Assembly: GCA_964016885.1 (NCBI GenBank)
Contig: OZ024743.1
Location: forward strand, 318,990,001 to 319,054,000
Source of the DNA: Eledone cirrhosa
Taxonomy: Eukaryota
Direction of reading: 5' to 3'
DNA: 64,000 nt
Part shown: in pieces, positions 1-14,334 of the stretch
Numbering within the stretch: the stretch's first letter is position 1
Layout of the letters: each line of letters begins with the position of its first letter
The notes under the pieces: model-generated
The model's input: only the letters and a program-made list of their open reading frames with translations
Database searches by the model: none
Told to the model about the DNA's origin: nothing
Position numbers and translations under genes: made by a program

Positions 1-30
1 GATTTAGAAGTGAGGAAGATACTAATTTCC

Positions 31-113
31 TCACCCACTGATGAGCCTGGAATTTTGTATACCTCTTCACAAATAATATTGCGAAACGGTTCTATCAAAG
101 ACCGTCTGGGTGA
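31..113 (+). ncRNA. Type I hammerhead ribozyme (PLE pLTR-associated)
   Basis: TCACCCA (stem I) - CTGATGA (38-44) - GC...GC with long loop - GAAA (83-86) - CGGT...ACCG (stem III) - TC - TGGGTGA (stem I'). Canonical core, GUC cleavage triplet. Confidence 0.85.
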
Positions 114-373
114 TGGTAGTTACCACAATACTGGTTTGTATTTATTTTCTTAATTTATTCTTAAATTGAGTCTAGCAAACCCTATTGTCTGTAGTTAGTA
201 TTTTTTCACCTTAGCGATTTTGGTCCATTACGATTTGAACACACATATATATATGTCTGTGTTCGTTTTTCCTTTTTGTTCAGTTATATACGGCTCGGAA
301 AAATCTTTTTCCTAGAGCTAATTTACTGTAATGAGACTATTTTGAGTTTCTAACTCAATACATACTTTTGATA

Positions 374-677
<304 letters not shown>

Positions 678-1136
678 TGTATTTCGTAGCTTAGTTAGGA
701 GGAATTTGCTATGTGACCATGACTTTCACTGGCTCTTTGAGACTGGTGAAATCAGAATGATTTATGTTCATCTAGAATATTTGTAACTCGATACTTGCAG
801 AAAAAGACGTGGGAGAGGATGGAATCCTGGAACGTTCACACTCTTGTGCGATGTTATTAATACGAGGCCAAGGCAGTAAGACATAGTGTAGGTGACAAAT
901 AAGAGAAACGGGTATGGAGGAGCTATATTACAAGGTAGATAGATACGTACTTTTATATAGAAGTGTTGGATGAATGAGTACGCTCACTTTCTCCTCACCA
1001 TTTCTCTCTCTATATATATGTATTAATAATATATTTATGATATATTAATGTTTATATATATAAATATAAATATAAATATAAATATAAATAAATATATATA
1101 TATTTATACATTTACATCTCATTCTGTCTGTCTGTC

Positions 1137-1193
<57 letters not shown>

Positions 1194-1449
1194 GTACACA
1201 CACGCACACACATATATATATATATATAGTTAATGATTGAAACAAACAAAACACAGGAGACTATGTTATACAATATATATTAGTTTCACACTTATATGTA
1301 TGAGAGAGGGGGCGGGGAGAAAGATAGATAAAAATGTGTGCGTGTGTGCGTTTGTATTTATATGTGTTTGTATATGTACGTTTGTATATATATATATATA
1401 AAATAATTAAGTCAAATATTTAAAATTTGGCTTCGTTTATTAAAGATGT

Positions 1450-1504
1450 ACTGCTATATATATTTCGGTGACAGCCATCATTGGCTGTGACCTCTTCAGG
1501 CAGT
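1450..1504 (-). ncRNA. Minimal type I hammerhead ribozyme
   Basis: Reverse complement: ACTGC-CTGAAGA-GGTCACAGCCAATGATGGCTGTCACC-GAAA-TATATA-TA-GCAGT. Confidence 0.85.
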
Positions 1505-1547
1505 CCGAATTGTTGAGCGCTTCAAACAGTAGCGAACTTAAGTTACA

Positions 1548-1721
1548 ATGGAAAAACTGGCAAGGTTGGCGTCACTGAAAGATATCCTCCTACCTGGGAA
1601 ACGAGAATACACCAGTGATTTCATCAAGAGTACGGACTCCCTTGTCCGTAGGATGAGATGGAGGGCGTTCCACTTTGAAAGAGGAACGCCTAAAATTACC
1701 AACACCCAAAACATGGAGTAA
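1548..1721 (+). pseudogene. Truncated PLE ORF N-terminus
   Basis: Manual translation MEKLARLASLKDILLPGKREYTSDFIKSTDSLVRRMRWRAFHF resembles the SLKNIPIP...RMRWKAFF motif I recall from PLE N-termini; not database-checked. Confidence 0.6.
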
Positions 1722-1765
1722 AATACTTCAACAACATGTGTACCTGTCTCTACCACACCAATTCG

Positions 1766-1820
1766 ACTGCCTGAAGAGGTCACAGCCAATGATGGCTGTC
1801 ACCGAAATATATATAGCAGT
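1766..1820 (+). ncRNA. Minimal type I hammerhead ribozyme
   Basis: ACTGC-CTGAAGA (1771-1777)-stem II GGT.ACAGCCA/TGGCTGT.ACC-GAAA (1804-1807)-TATATA-TA-GCAGT. Confidence 0.85.
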
Positions 1821-1989
1821 ACATCTTTAATAAAGGAAGCCAAATTTTAAATATTTAACTTAATTATTTTACATTACTCCGGAGTAACCAAACCAACCTG
1901 CGTACTTCGTCGAGTGCTCCAATTTTCATACTGAGGTGTCGGTAAACAGCCAATATATACTAATCTCTCTCTCTCTATATATATATATA

Positions 1990-2380
1990 TATAAGAGGGC
2001 AATCCCAAAAGTAAGGTCTCCTTCCGATATTGCAACTTTTCCGTTAAAATCCTGTGGATGGTGCTTCGGGAAACCTCAGGAACCAAAATGCAAAGAACAT
2101 CCAGGGGGATCCGCTGATCTTTACGCATGTTTTCCTCGGAAGGAGACCTTACTTTTGGGATTGCCCTCGTATATAATAACTGCGCACTTGGCGGTAGCGT
2201 TCAACGGGAGCTCCATTCTCAACGGCTGCCAAACCAAGATTGAGCATCCCAGCGAAGCGCGCGCATGCTTGTTTGGGAGTGAAGGAAGCACCAATCATAA
2301 CAGTGTTGCCAACAGCCGTACGAACAGTTTCTCTGCATCCCCATCGCTTTGGAGACCTTACTTTTAGGATTGCCCTCGTA
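1990..2380 (-). mobile_element. Mariner/Tc1 relics with three TIR copies
   Basis: TIR GAGGGCAATCCCAAAAGTAAGGTCTCC at about 1995 and its complement at about 2142-2170 and 2351-2380, ending in TA. Internal frame KDQRIPLDVL...SRSTIHRILTEKLQYRK is mariner HTH-like. Confidence 0.75.
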
Positions 2381-2590
2381 CATATATATAAATGTATGTA
2401 TAGTATATTTGGCAATATACCGTATGCTTAATTAAAACATTTAGAAGACCATACGCTATCAGTTTTAAAGTAGTGACTATGTCACTTACATCTTTTATTC
2501 GGCGAATTTAATTAAGCATACGGTATATTGCCAAATATACTGTACATATATTCATGTATACATCGCTATTTCAGAGCACCAATCCTAAAA
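2380..2590. mobile_element. PLE pLTR-derived inverted repeat fragment
   Basis: TATATTTGGCAATATACCGTATGCTTAATTAAA is mirrored at about 2505-2545; related to 3045-3375 and 8590-8910. Confidence 0.6.
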
Positions 2591-2602
2591 CCATATATAG
2601 GA

Positions 2603-2812
2603 CTCGATTGACTTTCGTCAAATCGGACTGAGGAAGCAATGTTTCCGTTGGTCTTTCCAATTGCTAATACTATCTATCGGTCGCAACTCCAGGAAGAAGG
2701 AGCAACGTGAAATAAAGTGTCTTGGTCAAGGACATAACACATCGCCTGGTCCAGGAATCGAACTGACAACGTCACGATTGCAAATCCAATTCTCTAACCA
2801 CTCAGCCACGCC
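2603..2812 (-). mobile_element. tRNA-derived SINE, family A (CORE-like body)
   Basis: Reverse complement has A box GGCGTGGCTGAGTGG, B box GTTCGATTCC and TGTCCTTGACCAAGACACTT; homologous to 10205-10418. Confidence 0.85.
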
Positions 2813-2817
2813 TTGAC

Positions 2818-3020
<203 letters not shown>

Positions 3021-3182
3021 TTAGAATTGGAGCTCTGAGATAGCAAAATATATATGAATGTATATATTATGTATTTTGCAATACACTTTATGCTTAATTA
3101 AAAGCATTTTGAAGACCGTATGCTATTGTTTTAGAGTAGTGACAAACTCACTTACTTTAATCTCAGCAAACAAGGGGAGATA

Positions 3183-3227
3183 AGCCGACAAGGCCTTGTT
3201 TCGCATTTATTGATGCTTATCAAGGCT
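3183..3227 (-). ncRNA. Hammerhead ribozyme, U3-A8 core variant
   Basis: Reverse complement: AGCC-TTGATAA-GCAT caataa ATGC-GAAA-CAAGGCCTTG (palindrome)-TC-GGCT. Confidence 0.8.
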
Positions 3228-3484
3228 AACTACTCCCTCCTGTCTACTGAGATCTACTCTAAAACAATAGCATACGGTCTTCAAAATGCTTTTAATTAAG
3301 CATAAAGTGTATTGCAAAATACATTATATATACATTCATATATATATTGCTATTTCAGAGCTCCAATTCTAATTTTTAATTTCTGCCTGAACGGCAACAG
3401 CTCTGTATAATCAGTTCCTGATTATTTACTAGAATTCTATAAGAATATAACATCAGTGATCTCAGTAGACAGGAGAGAGTAGTT

Positions 3485-3529
3485 AGCCTTGATAAGCATC
3501 AATAAATGCGACACAAGGCCTTGTCGGCT
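3485..3529 (+). ncRNA. Hammerhead ribozyme, U3-A8 variant with GAAA>GACA (probably inactive)
   Basis: AGCC-TTGATAA-GCAT caataa ATGC-GACA-CAAGGCCTTG-TC-GGCT. Confidence 0.65.
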
Positions 3530-3653
3530 TATCTCCCCTTGTTTGCTGAGATTAAAGTAAGTGAGTTTGTCACTACTCTAAAACAATAGCATACGGTCTT
3601 CAAAATGCTTTTAATTAAGCATAAAGTGTATTGCAAAATACATTATATATACA

Positions 3654-3704
<51 letters not shown>

Positions 3705-3849
3705 TTTTGAGTTTATGTTGGTTGTATACCAACACCTCAGTATGCAGGCTGGAGCACTCGACGAAGTGCGCAGGTTGGTTTGGTTACTCCGGAGTAGTGT
3801 AAAATAAAGTTAAATAAAGTCAAATGATTAAAATTTAGCTTCGTTTATT

Positions 3850-3904
3850 ACTGCTATATATATTTCAGTGACAGCCATCTTTGGCTGTGACCTCTTCAGG
3901 CAGT
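3850..3904 (-). ncRNA. Minimal type I hammerhead ribozyme
   Basis: Reverse complement: ACTGC-CTGAAGA-GGTCACAGCCAAAGATGGCTGTCACT-GAAA-TATATA-TA-GCAGT. Confidence 0.8.
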
Positions 3905-3935
3905 TTGAATTAGTATGGTATAGACACTAATTCAA

Positions 3936-3990
3936 ACTGCCTGAAGAGGTTACAGCCAAAGATGGCTGTCACTGAAATATATATAGCAGT
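3936..3990 (+). ncRNA. Minimal type I hammerhead ribozyme
   Basis: ACTGC-CTGAAGA-GGTTACAGCCAAAGATGGCTGTCACT-GAAA-TATATA-TA-GCAGT. Confidence 0.8.
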
Positions 3991-4033
3991 AATAAACGAA
4001 GCTAAATTTTAATCATTTGACTTTATTAAACTT

Positions 4034-4102
<69 letters not shown>

Positions 4103-4119
4103 AAGGCGTGGCTGAGTGG

Positions 4120-4150
<31 letters not shown>

Positions 4151-4154
<4 letters not shown>

Positions 4155-4759
4155 GGCTGCCAACTCGTTTTCAAGTATGGCCACTACTTTATATCGATGT
4201 AGGAGAACCCCTATTGATGCGCTGAACGAGTGTGACTTTTTAGTCCAGCCAGCGACCCGAAAACTCTGGTACAAACACTACACTTGTGACAATTATTGAC
4301 AGATAGTACTGGGCCCATGGTACCATGTGACGACAAGTGCAGAGAGATCTCCAGATATAAAGCAATGCCTGTGCCGTGAAGCTTTTATAGTGAGCAAAGG
4401 CACTGCACAAAGCCAGTCCCACTCTCTTAACCAAGATGATATTTACCAAAAAGAAGAACAAGTCAACATCATTGGATACCATCAGGGTTGCAGGTGTTAT
4501 ATCAGAGTTTTCCTTCTCCTAGAATTCTGCCTTGACAAAAGCTAAGGGGTCATCTCTCCCGGTGATTTTGGATGGCCATTGACTCTTAAGAGCTCCTTTG
4601 CCCTTTAACAGGTTTTGGATTTAGTCCTGCAGGATGTCCAAAGTCACCCTCCTCACCAAAAAAGCTTGGTGGGGTTGCCAGTTTAGTCGCCAACGACCCG
4701 ACCATGAGACAGGTTGTACTGGGATACATGTTACCAGTAGCACCAACTGGTGACCTGAC
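4151..4759 (-). mobile_element. ~610 bp non-autonomous retroelement (probably RTE-derived), same family as 23884-24491
   Basis: Reverse complement is near-identical to 23884-24491; no Pol III boxes; flanked by microsatellite. Confidence 0.75.
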
Positions 4760-5296
4760 ATATATATATATATACATATATACATACATATATATATATG
4801 CATACATATATATGTATACATACATATATATATATACATACATATATATATACATATATATATGTATATATATGTATACAAATATAAGACCCTGTTAAGG
4901 GTGAATGCAGCGATTCTTTGCTTAAACTTTAATCTGTTATTTTAATAAATATTTGCTCTAGGGTTCTTATATATTTGATATATATTTATCCTTATCGAGC
5001 CGTCTTTGGATTTTAGCCTTCACATTTATTATTATTACTATATATATATTCATTTCTTTCCATTGGAAATTCTCTGGATTTCCAATCTTTCGGAATGATG
5101 AAACCGTCGGTAACAGCAATTGAACAGGTTATTATTTAAATTGTTTTTTAATTTATTTAAAGAATTGTTTGATAACCGCTTGCTCCGCTATTTTTATATT
5201 GTTCTGGCATCTCAAATTAGTACCATTGAACCTCAAATATTATAAACACCTTGTATATTTCTACAAGTACATAGTACCTGTTGAAGCATTCATCCA

Positions 5297-5390
<94 letters not shown>

Positions 5391-5491
5391 AGAGATATAT
5401 TTATTAATTTATTTATTTACATATATACGCACTTATACATACATACACACACACACGCGCACACACACACACACACACACGCACGCACACG

Positions 5492-5559
<68 letters not shown>

Positions 5560-6713
5560 ATAGATAAGTAAGTAGGTAGGTAAGTAGATGATAAATAAAT
5601 AGGTAGATAGATTGATAGATAGGTAGCTGGATAGATTTAGTGAGAATGATCCATAATTTTCGGACTATATCTGTCTTTTCCACCAGTATATCCACATCTT
5701 TAAGATAGAAAATTATACTCACAAATAAAGAAATCGGAAGAATAAAAAGTTAAACGTATAAAAACTGTTTTAAACGGTTTTCACCGTTGCCCAGTCCAAC
5801 ACCAGCACCTGGGCTTCGGGTATCTTAAGTGGAATCCGTTTTATTGCAAATATTTAGGTATCAATACGTGACAAAACTTCGTTCTTTATTTCTATATAAA
5901 TTACTGCGAGTGGAAATAAAATAACTTGGTAAAATATTAATTTGTTTTAAACATGAAGGGAGCCCAGTCTAATTCCAATACCTGGTCCTTAGGTAGTTTT
6001 AGCGAAGTCCACTGTGTTACGAGTATTCGAACCAAGTCTCCGTTTCTAGGGTACCTTCCTCAATCCTTTCTTTTCGCCACTCCCAGAGGCCCCGAGAATG
6101 ATCATGGTCACAGCTCTACCCTCCCCGACTAAACAGTAAAAGTAAATTTAGACATCGCATTTATTCAGACCTCATTTCCTAAACTAAAAGGAGAAAAATC
6201 ACACAGATTACGCAAAACGGATGGTAAGGGATAGACGAAATGATAAAGAATACGTCTTGTAAAGTTTTGCGTTTCAAAAATAGCTGATTTAACTCATATT
6301 TGGGATCTTACATTTGTGGTCGGCAGACATATTTTATGTAATTTCTGTGTCGTTCTACATCCGGGTTTCCTGTTTTCTCATATTGGTGTTACTTACGTAC
6401 TATTAATGATGTCATAGACAATCTCGATGTTGTTATCAAAGTTACTAAAGGATGTAAAAAGTTATAAGGGAAGCAGTCTTAGTTTTTACTTACTAATGTA
6501 TTTTGCTTTCGAAGACGTTTAGTTGCGTCATTGCTTTTTTCAATATTATTATGAGCAGCTGCTGCATGTCCTGACAATATCAAAACAATTTCACTTTTTA
6601 CGTTGGTTGTCAGCCATGAAAATATCACCTCGTGTAGCTTCGACGTTTCATTATGCTTTCTCAGCAATTCCTGTCTCTGACTCTTCTATATTAAGATTAG
6701 TTTTGTGTGTGTA

Positions 6714-6757
<44 letters not shown>

Positions 6758-6802
6758 CATATACACACATGCACACACATATTCACACACATACACATAC
6801 AC

Positions 6803-6913
<111 letters not shown>

Positions 6914-7012
6914 GCTGTGGTAATTCAAACCCACCTCCTAAATTGTACGGTTTCCTAAACATACCCACTTTTTACTTTCATATTCCACAATGCTTCAAGC
7001 AAACAAAACTAT

Positions 7013-7077
7013 ATATATATATATCATTTCTCCCGAATGAAACAGTTCTAGTCCTGTAGATGCCTTTTCTATATTAA

Positions 7078-7131
<54 letters not shown>

Positions 7132-7255
7132 AAAGGAATTGTGGTAAGGAACCAGATGGACCATAACAAACCAGAGTACTCAATACTTAGGGTAGTAGAG
7201 TGGGAAATAGGAAAAATAGAGTCCAGAAACGGCTTGAGCTCTGCCGTCCGGGTCC

Positions 7256-7287
<32 letters not shown>

Positions 7288-7723
7288 ACCAAGCCATTAG
7301 CAGAGAAGGATGGACAGAGGAATTGACTTTCTTCTCTGAAGGAACATGTATGTGAAAATTAAGTTTTCTTCCCCTCTCTATATTTATTTTGTTATTATCA
7401 TTATTTTCACTATATGTACAAATATGCGACTTAATATTCTGCATATCTGCAATTGAAAATGCATTTAATGCTGAAACCGGTATTGTAAATAAATTAATGT
7501 TTTGAAATTGTTTCATTAAAAAACCTCTTCAACATTTTCTACTGAAAAAATATTTCCCCCTTCTACTATCTGTTTATATCAATAATATTAATAAATAGTG
7601 ACATATTCAGACAAGAACTTAATGTGAGTTCTATTTGAATATTGTGTTGAAAATCTTGTTGAGTGCTTCCAATCTGTTATAAATTGAATTTGTTGAATAA
7701 TCAACAAATTAAATAACTCATTG

Positions 7724-7764
<41 letters not shown>

Positions 7765-8060
7765 ATAGAACTCACATTAAGTTCCTGTCTGAATATGTCA
7801 CTATTTATTAATATTATTGATATATATAGATATATTTATATGAAAAACAAGGGGAGAAGAATACTGCATGGTTGCACATGGATTACATATTATAAAATTA
7901 GTCCCTCATCAGTGATTTGCCAAACATCATTGGTATTTCATCGCATTAAAATTCAGATACCTCAGGTTGGTGCGAGCAATAACTAAAATAAGCTATTGGG
8001 ACAAGTGAAACGCGTAAAGCGAGTGAGACAAGTCAACAACAGAAGGAAAAGCAAACCGAA

Positions 8061-8137
<77 letters not shown>

Positions 8138-8429
8138 CTATAAACAGATAGTAGAAGGGAAAAATAATTTTTCAGTAGAAAATGTTGAAGAGGTTTTTTA
8201 GTGAAAAAATGTCAAAACATTAATTTATTTACAATACCGGTTTCAGCATTAAATGCACTGTCAATTGCAGATATGCAGAATATTAAGTCGCATATTTGTA
8301 CATATAGTGAAAATAATGGTAATAACAAAATAAATATAGAGAGGGGAAGAAAACTTAATTTTCACATACATGTTCCTTCAGAGAAGAAAGTCAATTCCTC
8401 TGTCCATCCTTCTCTGCTAATGGCTTGGT

Positions 8430-8528
<99 letters not shown>

Positions 8529-8590
8529 TTAATATAGAAAAGGCATCTACAGGACTAGAACTGTTTCATTCGGGAGAAATGATATATATA
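7013..8590. mobile_element. Large inverted repeat of PLE-like fragments (about 7013-7660 versus 7760-7822 plus 8135-8590)
   Basis: ORFs 7187-7516(-) and 8201-8593(+) translate nearly identically, showing the inversion. Truncated hammerhead halves GAAA-CAG...CTG-TA lie at both outer ends. Confidence 0.7.
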
Positions 8591-8730
8591 TAAATCGCTA
8601 TTTCAGAGCACCAATTCTAATTTTCAATTTCTGCTGGGCCGGCGACCGCTCTGTAAAATAATTTCATGATTGTTACTGGAATTCTATAAGAATCCAACAC
8701 ACATAATTTTCGGAAGACGGAGAGAGTACT

Positions 8731-8775
8731 GAATTTTGACAAGTACCAATTAGTCCGAAACAGCGCTGTCAACTT
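8731..8775 (+). ncRNA. Hammerhead ribozyme, U3-A8 variant (slightly degenerate)
   Basis: GAATT-TTGACAA-GTAC caatta GTCC-GAAA-CAGCGCTG (palindrome)-TC-AACTT, inside a diverged relative of the 3017-3660 element (about 8590-8910). Confidence 0.65.
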
Positions 8776-8986
8776 ATCTGCCCCTGCCTGCCGAAAATTT
8801 AAGTAAGCGACAATGTCGCTAATTTAAAACATTAGCGTATGGTCTTCAAAATGCTTTTAATTAAGCATACAGTGTATTGCAAAATACACTATATATAATA
8901 TATACATTCATATATATATATATTATATATATATACGGGAAAAATGAATCAAAATTTCATTTCCCACTCTTAGTACTCTTCCGACT

Positions 8987-9062
<76 letters not shown>

Positions 9063-9167
9063 CATATATTATATATATATAAGTTATTCCGGGTTCAATC
9101 GGGGGTAACCACAGTAAGTAAGGTACTCAATACATAGCAGAGTATAAATGTTTTAATATAGAAAATC

Positions 9168-9212
9168 TTCTACAGGACTAGAACTGTTTCATTCGTGAGA
9201 AATCATCAGGAA
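9168..9212 (-). ncRNA. Type I hammerhead ribozyme
   Basis: Reverse complement: TTC-CTGATGA-TTTC tcac GAAT-GAAA-CAG ttctagtc CTG-TA-GAA. Confidence 0.7.
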
Positions 9213-9217
9213 CCTCA

Positions 9218-9618
<401 letters not shown>

Positions 9619-9975
9619 TGTCAACGTGCTATGACTTGGTGGTTAGAGCGTTGGGATTACAATCGACAGGTAGGAAGTTCATTTCCATGAGCGAGTAGAA
9701 TGTTGTGTCCAGTTTACTGGCCTGGAGAGACAGGTATGTACGGGTGACTGTTGGTCTTTCTCAAAATCACAAAATCACCTTCCCAGACATTGCGCCTCGG
9801 AGATGAGCTTTCTAGGTGCAAAGGGGATCGCTCCTTCTATATATTATATCATTCTTTATAATATACATACATTTTAATTTTTTTCTATATATCCTAACTG
9901 GGTAAAAATATAGGAAAAAGAATTGCTTTATTTCGGGTTATCTTTCTTTCGTGCAGAATTATGCCTGTTATAAAA

Positions 9976-10029
<54 letters not shown>

Positions 10030-10036
10030 TATATAT

Positions 10037-10156
<120 letters not shown>

Positions 10157-10204
10157 CAGGCATAATTCTGCACGTGTGCGTGTATATATAAATATATATA
10201 TGAA

Positions 10205-10418
10205 GGCGTGTGGCTGAGTGGTTAGAGAATTGGATTCACAACCTTGAGGTTGTGAGTTCGATTCCTGGTCCGGGCGATGCGTTATGTCCTTGAGCAAGAC
10301 ACTTTATTTCACGTTGCTCCTTCTACCTGGAGTTGCGACCGATAGATAGTACTAGCAACTGGAAAGACCAACGGAAACATTGTTTCCTCGGTCCGATTTG
10401 ACGAAAAGTCCATCGATA
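10205..10418 (+). mobile_element. tRNA-derived SINE, family A
   Basis: A box TGGCTGAGTGG, B box GAGTTCGATTCC, TGTCCTTGAGCAAGACACTT, followed by an A-rich tail. Confidence 0.85.
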
Positions 10419-10893
10419 AAAAAAAAAAAATATATATATATCTATATATATATATATATATAAACATGGGTAAACTGTCGAAAGTGAAATTGGTGAAGTT
10501 ATATCAAAGAAATTTCGAGCTTATTGTGGTTCAACAATCTGTAAATAGAAGGAATCTAATTATAAGATGTAATCCATAAAGAATCTAGAATTAAAATTTG
10601 GGTAAACAAATCCTTGGTATTTTATGAATGTAATTGCACAGATAATTTAAAAATAAATACTGGATTTATGGAATACTTTTAAGATATCTCCCGCTCTCTC
10701 TCCCCTCTCTCTCTCTCCCTCTTTCTATCTCTCTCTCCTTCTCTCTCCCTTTCTCTCACTCTCTCTCTCCCTCTATATCTCTTTCTCTCACTCTTTCACT
10801 CTCTCTCCGCCTCTCTCTCTCTACATATATAAATATATATATATATACATATAGAATTCACAGGAACCAAAGCTATGTTCAAAGCATTTATTC

Positions 10894-10938
10894 ACTTACA
10901 ATTGTTTCATCCAAACCTAGGCTTGGAATCTTCGGAGC
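10894..10938 (-). ncRNA. Minimal hammerhead, C4 variant
   Basis: Reverse complement: GCT-CCGAAGA-TTCCAAGCCTAGGTTTGGAT-GAAA-CAATTG-TA-AGT. Confidence 0.7.
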
Positions 10939-11362
10939 ATTTTTCAATGTTTGTGTACATAATTGACCTCCCTATACAAAAAATACCTTACCACTACAAC
11001 CATCATAATAATCTTGCTTACCTGCTTAAATTGCTTGCATTACGTGTAACACCTTGCCACACAATAATAGTATAAAAATGAGACACACTGGCATGCCCCA
11101 CGTGTAACTAACGCATACACTACCTAATAGACCTGACTATCAAACTATCCTCTTGCATTATCTGTGTTATCTGTCGAATGTATTTTAATTTTTATTTTTA
11201 TTTTAATTTTGATTTTGATTTTGATTTTAAATTTGAATTGCTGTACAAATATAGTAAAGTATAATATATGCCACTCCACTGTACAACAATATATATATAT
11301 ATGTATCTGTATGTCTCTTGCGTTGGAAGGGAGGTCAATTATGTGTACAAAAATTGAAAAAT

Positions 11363-11407
11363 GCTCCGAAGACTTCAAGCCTAGGTTTGGATGAAACAAT
11401 TGTAAGT
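11363..11407 (+). ncRNA. Minimal hammerhead, C4 variant
   Basis: GCT-CCGAAGA-CTTCAAGCCTAGGTTTGGAT-GAAA-CAATTG-TA-AGT. Confidence 0.65.
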
Positions 11408-11602
11408 GAATAAATGCTTTGAACATAGCTTTGGTTCCTGTGAATTCTATATAACTGTTCTGTAGAACAACTGATGTTCTTACATTGAGCTATTTATCTT
11501 ACTGGTAGTAATAAATTACTGACCTTCACTGTTTAGGGTTTAAAATATACATAACTATAAAAAGTTTTAATATATACATAACCATAAATAGTATCCCTAA
11601 TA

Positions 11603-12062
<460 letters not shown>

Positions 12063-12160
12063 GAATGTGTGTTATTGCAATTACGCTTTAAAAAACGATG
12101 TCTATGAAGTAGTAATGTAGTTGAAATGACGTTGGAGATTAATATCAAAGTCATATATAC

Positions 12161-12259
<99 letters not shown>

Positions 12260-12519
12260 TATATATGTAAAATGTAATATGTATAATATATATGTATGTG
12301 TACATCTTCAGTGTTGTAATTTCAGACCATGGAAGACCTACATTGAAGCTAAACATAATTATAATTCCCAGATATTATTTTGCAATCAATTTCATTTAGT
12401 CGTCCCCAGAGATGAAAATATTAATACCAGTATTAGACCGTGTTCTGTATATATGTGAGATATGGTTAAGACTGCGTTGGATCTTTGTCAATTCCGACAA
12501 GTATTCCTGCTGTTTGATC

Positions 12520-12780
12520 AACGGAGCAGCCAGCTCGTAATATTAACGTATAAGTGGCTGCGCATTTTACAGACACGTGTACTCTTAACTTAGTTCTTAG
12601 AACTATTATGCGTGACATAATTTGTTACATGGCTGCTTCTTTGAAGTACATGTATAACTCCTTTTTTTCTAGTTGAATTGACGGGAGCAACGTTAAATGA
12701 AGTGTCTTGCTCAAGGACACATTGCGCCGATGACAATCAAAAATCACAACCCTGAGATGACCACCCTAATTATTAAGCCA
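12520..12780 (-). mobile_element. Old SINE family A copy
   Basis: AAGTGTCTTGCTCAAGGACAC; body shared with 38360-38620 and 44850-45190. Confidence 0.6.
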
Positions 12781-13189
12781 CTCCCCTTACCTTACGATAA
12801 AAATCTGAACGACAGTGGCCCGCTTGAGGTCATTCTTCGCGGTAACCGGGGTACCACTTTGACCTGGGTGTCTCTATTTGTCTCTCCCCTTCTCCCTTTC
12901 TTTTAGTGCTTAATCCTTTTTTCTTTTCATTTTCTTTTTTTCTTCCCCCTTTTCTTCCCTTTAATAGTGTGTTATGTCTTTATTATATACTGCTCAATAC
13001 TTTTTATATAATGTCAATTATATTTCATGATATTGTGAAATCTTGTGTATTGAATATTTTTGTTTTTCATTTCAATTATTATATAATAAACTTTTTTTTT
13101 TAAAACTAATACATCATTATCTGGAGGAGCCAATGGGGAAGTGTCTCTCTGCTACCAGGTAATCTTCTAGCAGCCAATATTCTCTAAAC

Positions 13190-14330
13190 CACAGGTTCTC
13201 AACCCATTTAGTCCCTCGAAATCACGAAACGCCCCTACCCTATTTTTCCATTTTTCAATATACTACTGATTTTGATATCAGTAGATTACTAAAAAAATGA
13301 TTAACAATATTCCAAAGATACCATTGCAGGCAGCTGAGAGTATAAATACATTCCTTGAAAGGAAATATATAAATTTAAAAAAAGGAACATAAATGTTCTT
13401 TTTTATGAATAAGGACCAGTTGAATTTGTTATATTCCCACCAGACGATACCAGCTATTTTGAACATTTGTACAAGAGCAATTCTGTCTATCCAAAGAGTG
13501 CTCTTATCTGGAAGAAAGTGGCAATTATATCATTTCAAAGCTTTCCAATTTTCTCTTTAATGAAACGGACAGAATAAATGTTGATATCTAACTTGATGTC
13601 CCCTCCGCTTTGTGAGATTAGAGACCATGGAAGAGGGTTTTCATGACCATATAAGAGGGTATATTTATTAGTAAATGGTAAAATATATACAATAAATGAG
13701 TAAGTTAATTGTGATAGATGGTTTTCAGTCCAGTCAGACTGCAACTACAAATAAAAAAATTGTTAGTTTGCTTTGTAACAATAGCATATCCAAGTTTTCG
13801 GATAAATCAACTTACTTTAACTTTGACCTCATTTCAATAGGACCCTTGAGCTTCATAGACTCTAGCTAACTCTTTGACGTGAGGCTGAATTTTCGTAAGA
13901 TGTAGCCAGAGATCTCCACATGTAATTACATTGTAGCGGTTGCTAGCCTTACTGCGCAGTCTGGAAACAGCACCAAATCTCCTCTCGATTAAGTATGAGC
14001 TTGGAAAAGGCAGAGCAAATCTCTTAGCCTCTGCATGTAGGAGTGGAAATCGACGCTGAATTTCCTCTTGCATCCCTTTTGGGAAATCTAATTTTGATCA
14101 TGTCATCTGCTTGAAGTTCAATGAATTCTTCCTGAAATTTAACGTCCAAATCGTCGATGTTAGCTATGAAGGGATCTGCTATCCACATTGGGATGTCCAT
14201 CGGCAAAAGGTCAACAAACCGTTCTCTCATGTTGTCTTGTAGCGCACAGAGGTGCGCGGTATAAATTTGGAGTTGGTCATCGCTTACAATGTTGGCCGAC
14301 CATTGCTCTTGCGTCGTCCGTAGCACATGA
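13190..14330 (-). mobile_element. Degenerate hAT (Charlie/Buster-like) transposon, 3' portion
   Basis: Frameshifted ORFs 14024-14335 and 13834-14073 contain WIADPF...FQEEFIELQAD and LPFPSSYLIERRFGAV...GDLWLHLTKIQP (hAT dimerisation domain); TIR-like CACAGGTTCTCAACC at about 13190. Confidence 0.75.
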
Positions 14331-14334
14331 TACA

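Larger units (their letters stand above)
1403..1958 (+). mobile_element. Penelope-like element fragment with inverted pLTR arms (about 1403-1512 / 1759-1870)
   Basis: Arms are reverse complements and each holds a hammerhead. The spacer encodes a PLE N-terminus-like peptide. The tail 1872-1958 matches the reverse complement of about 3715-3800. Confidence 0.75.
3712..4040 (-). mobile_element. PLE pLTR fragment forming a near-perfect hairpin (about 3800-3914 / 3926-4040)
   Basis: Arms are reverse complements with an ~11 nt spacer; same family as 1403-1958; flanked by (TA)n. Confidence 0.75.
10850..11600. mobile_element. PLE fragment with inverted arms (about 10850-10972 / 11328-11452)
   Basis: ORFs 10875(+) and 11426(-) both begin MFKAFIHLQLFHPNLGL; each arm has a hammerhead; related to 58525-58770. 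Confidence 0.7.

Noticed and set aside
7895-8025. Hammerhead from CTGATGA(-) at about 7906-7912 and GAAA-CGCG-TA(+) at about 8007-8016
   Set aside because: The two halves are on opposite strands and neither can be completed; at most remnants
10205-10275. tRNA gene
   Set aside because: Only A/B boxes of a SINE head, continuing into a multi-copy SINE body; no complete cloverleaf could be supported
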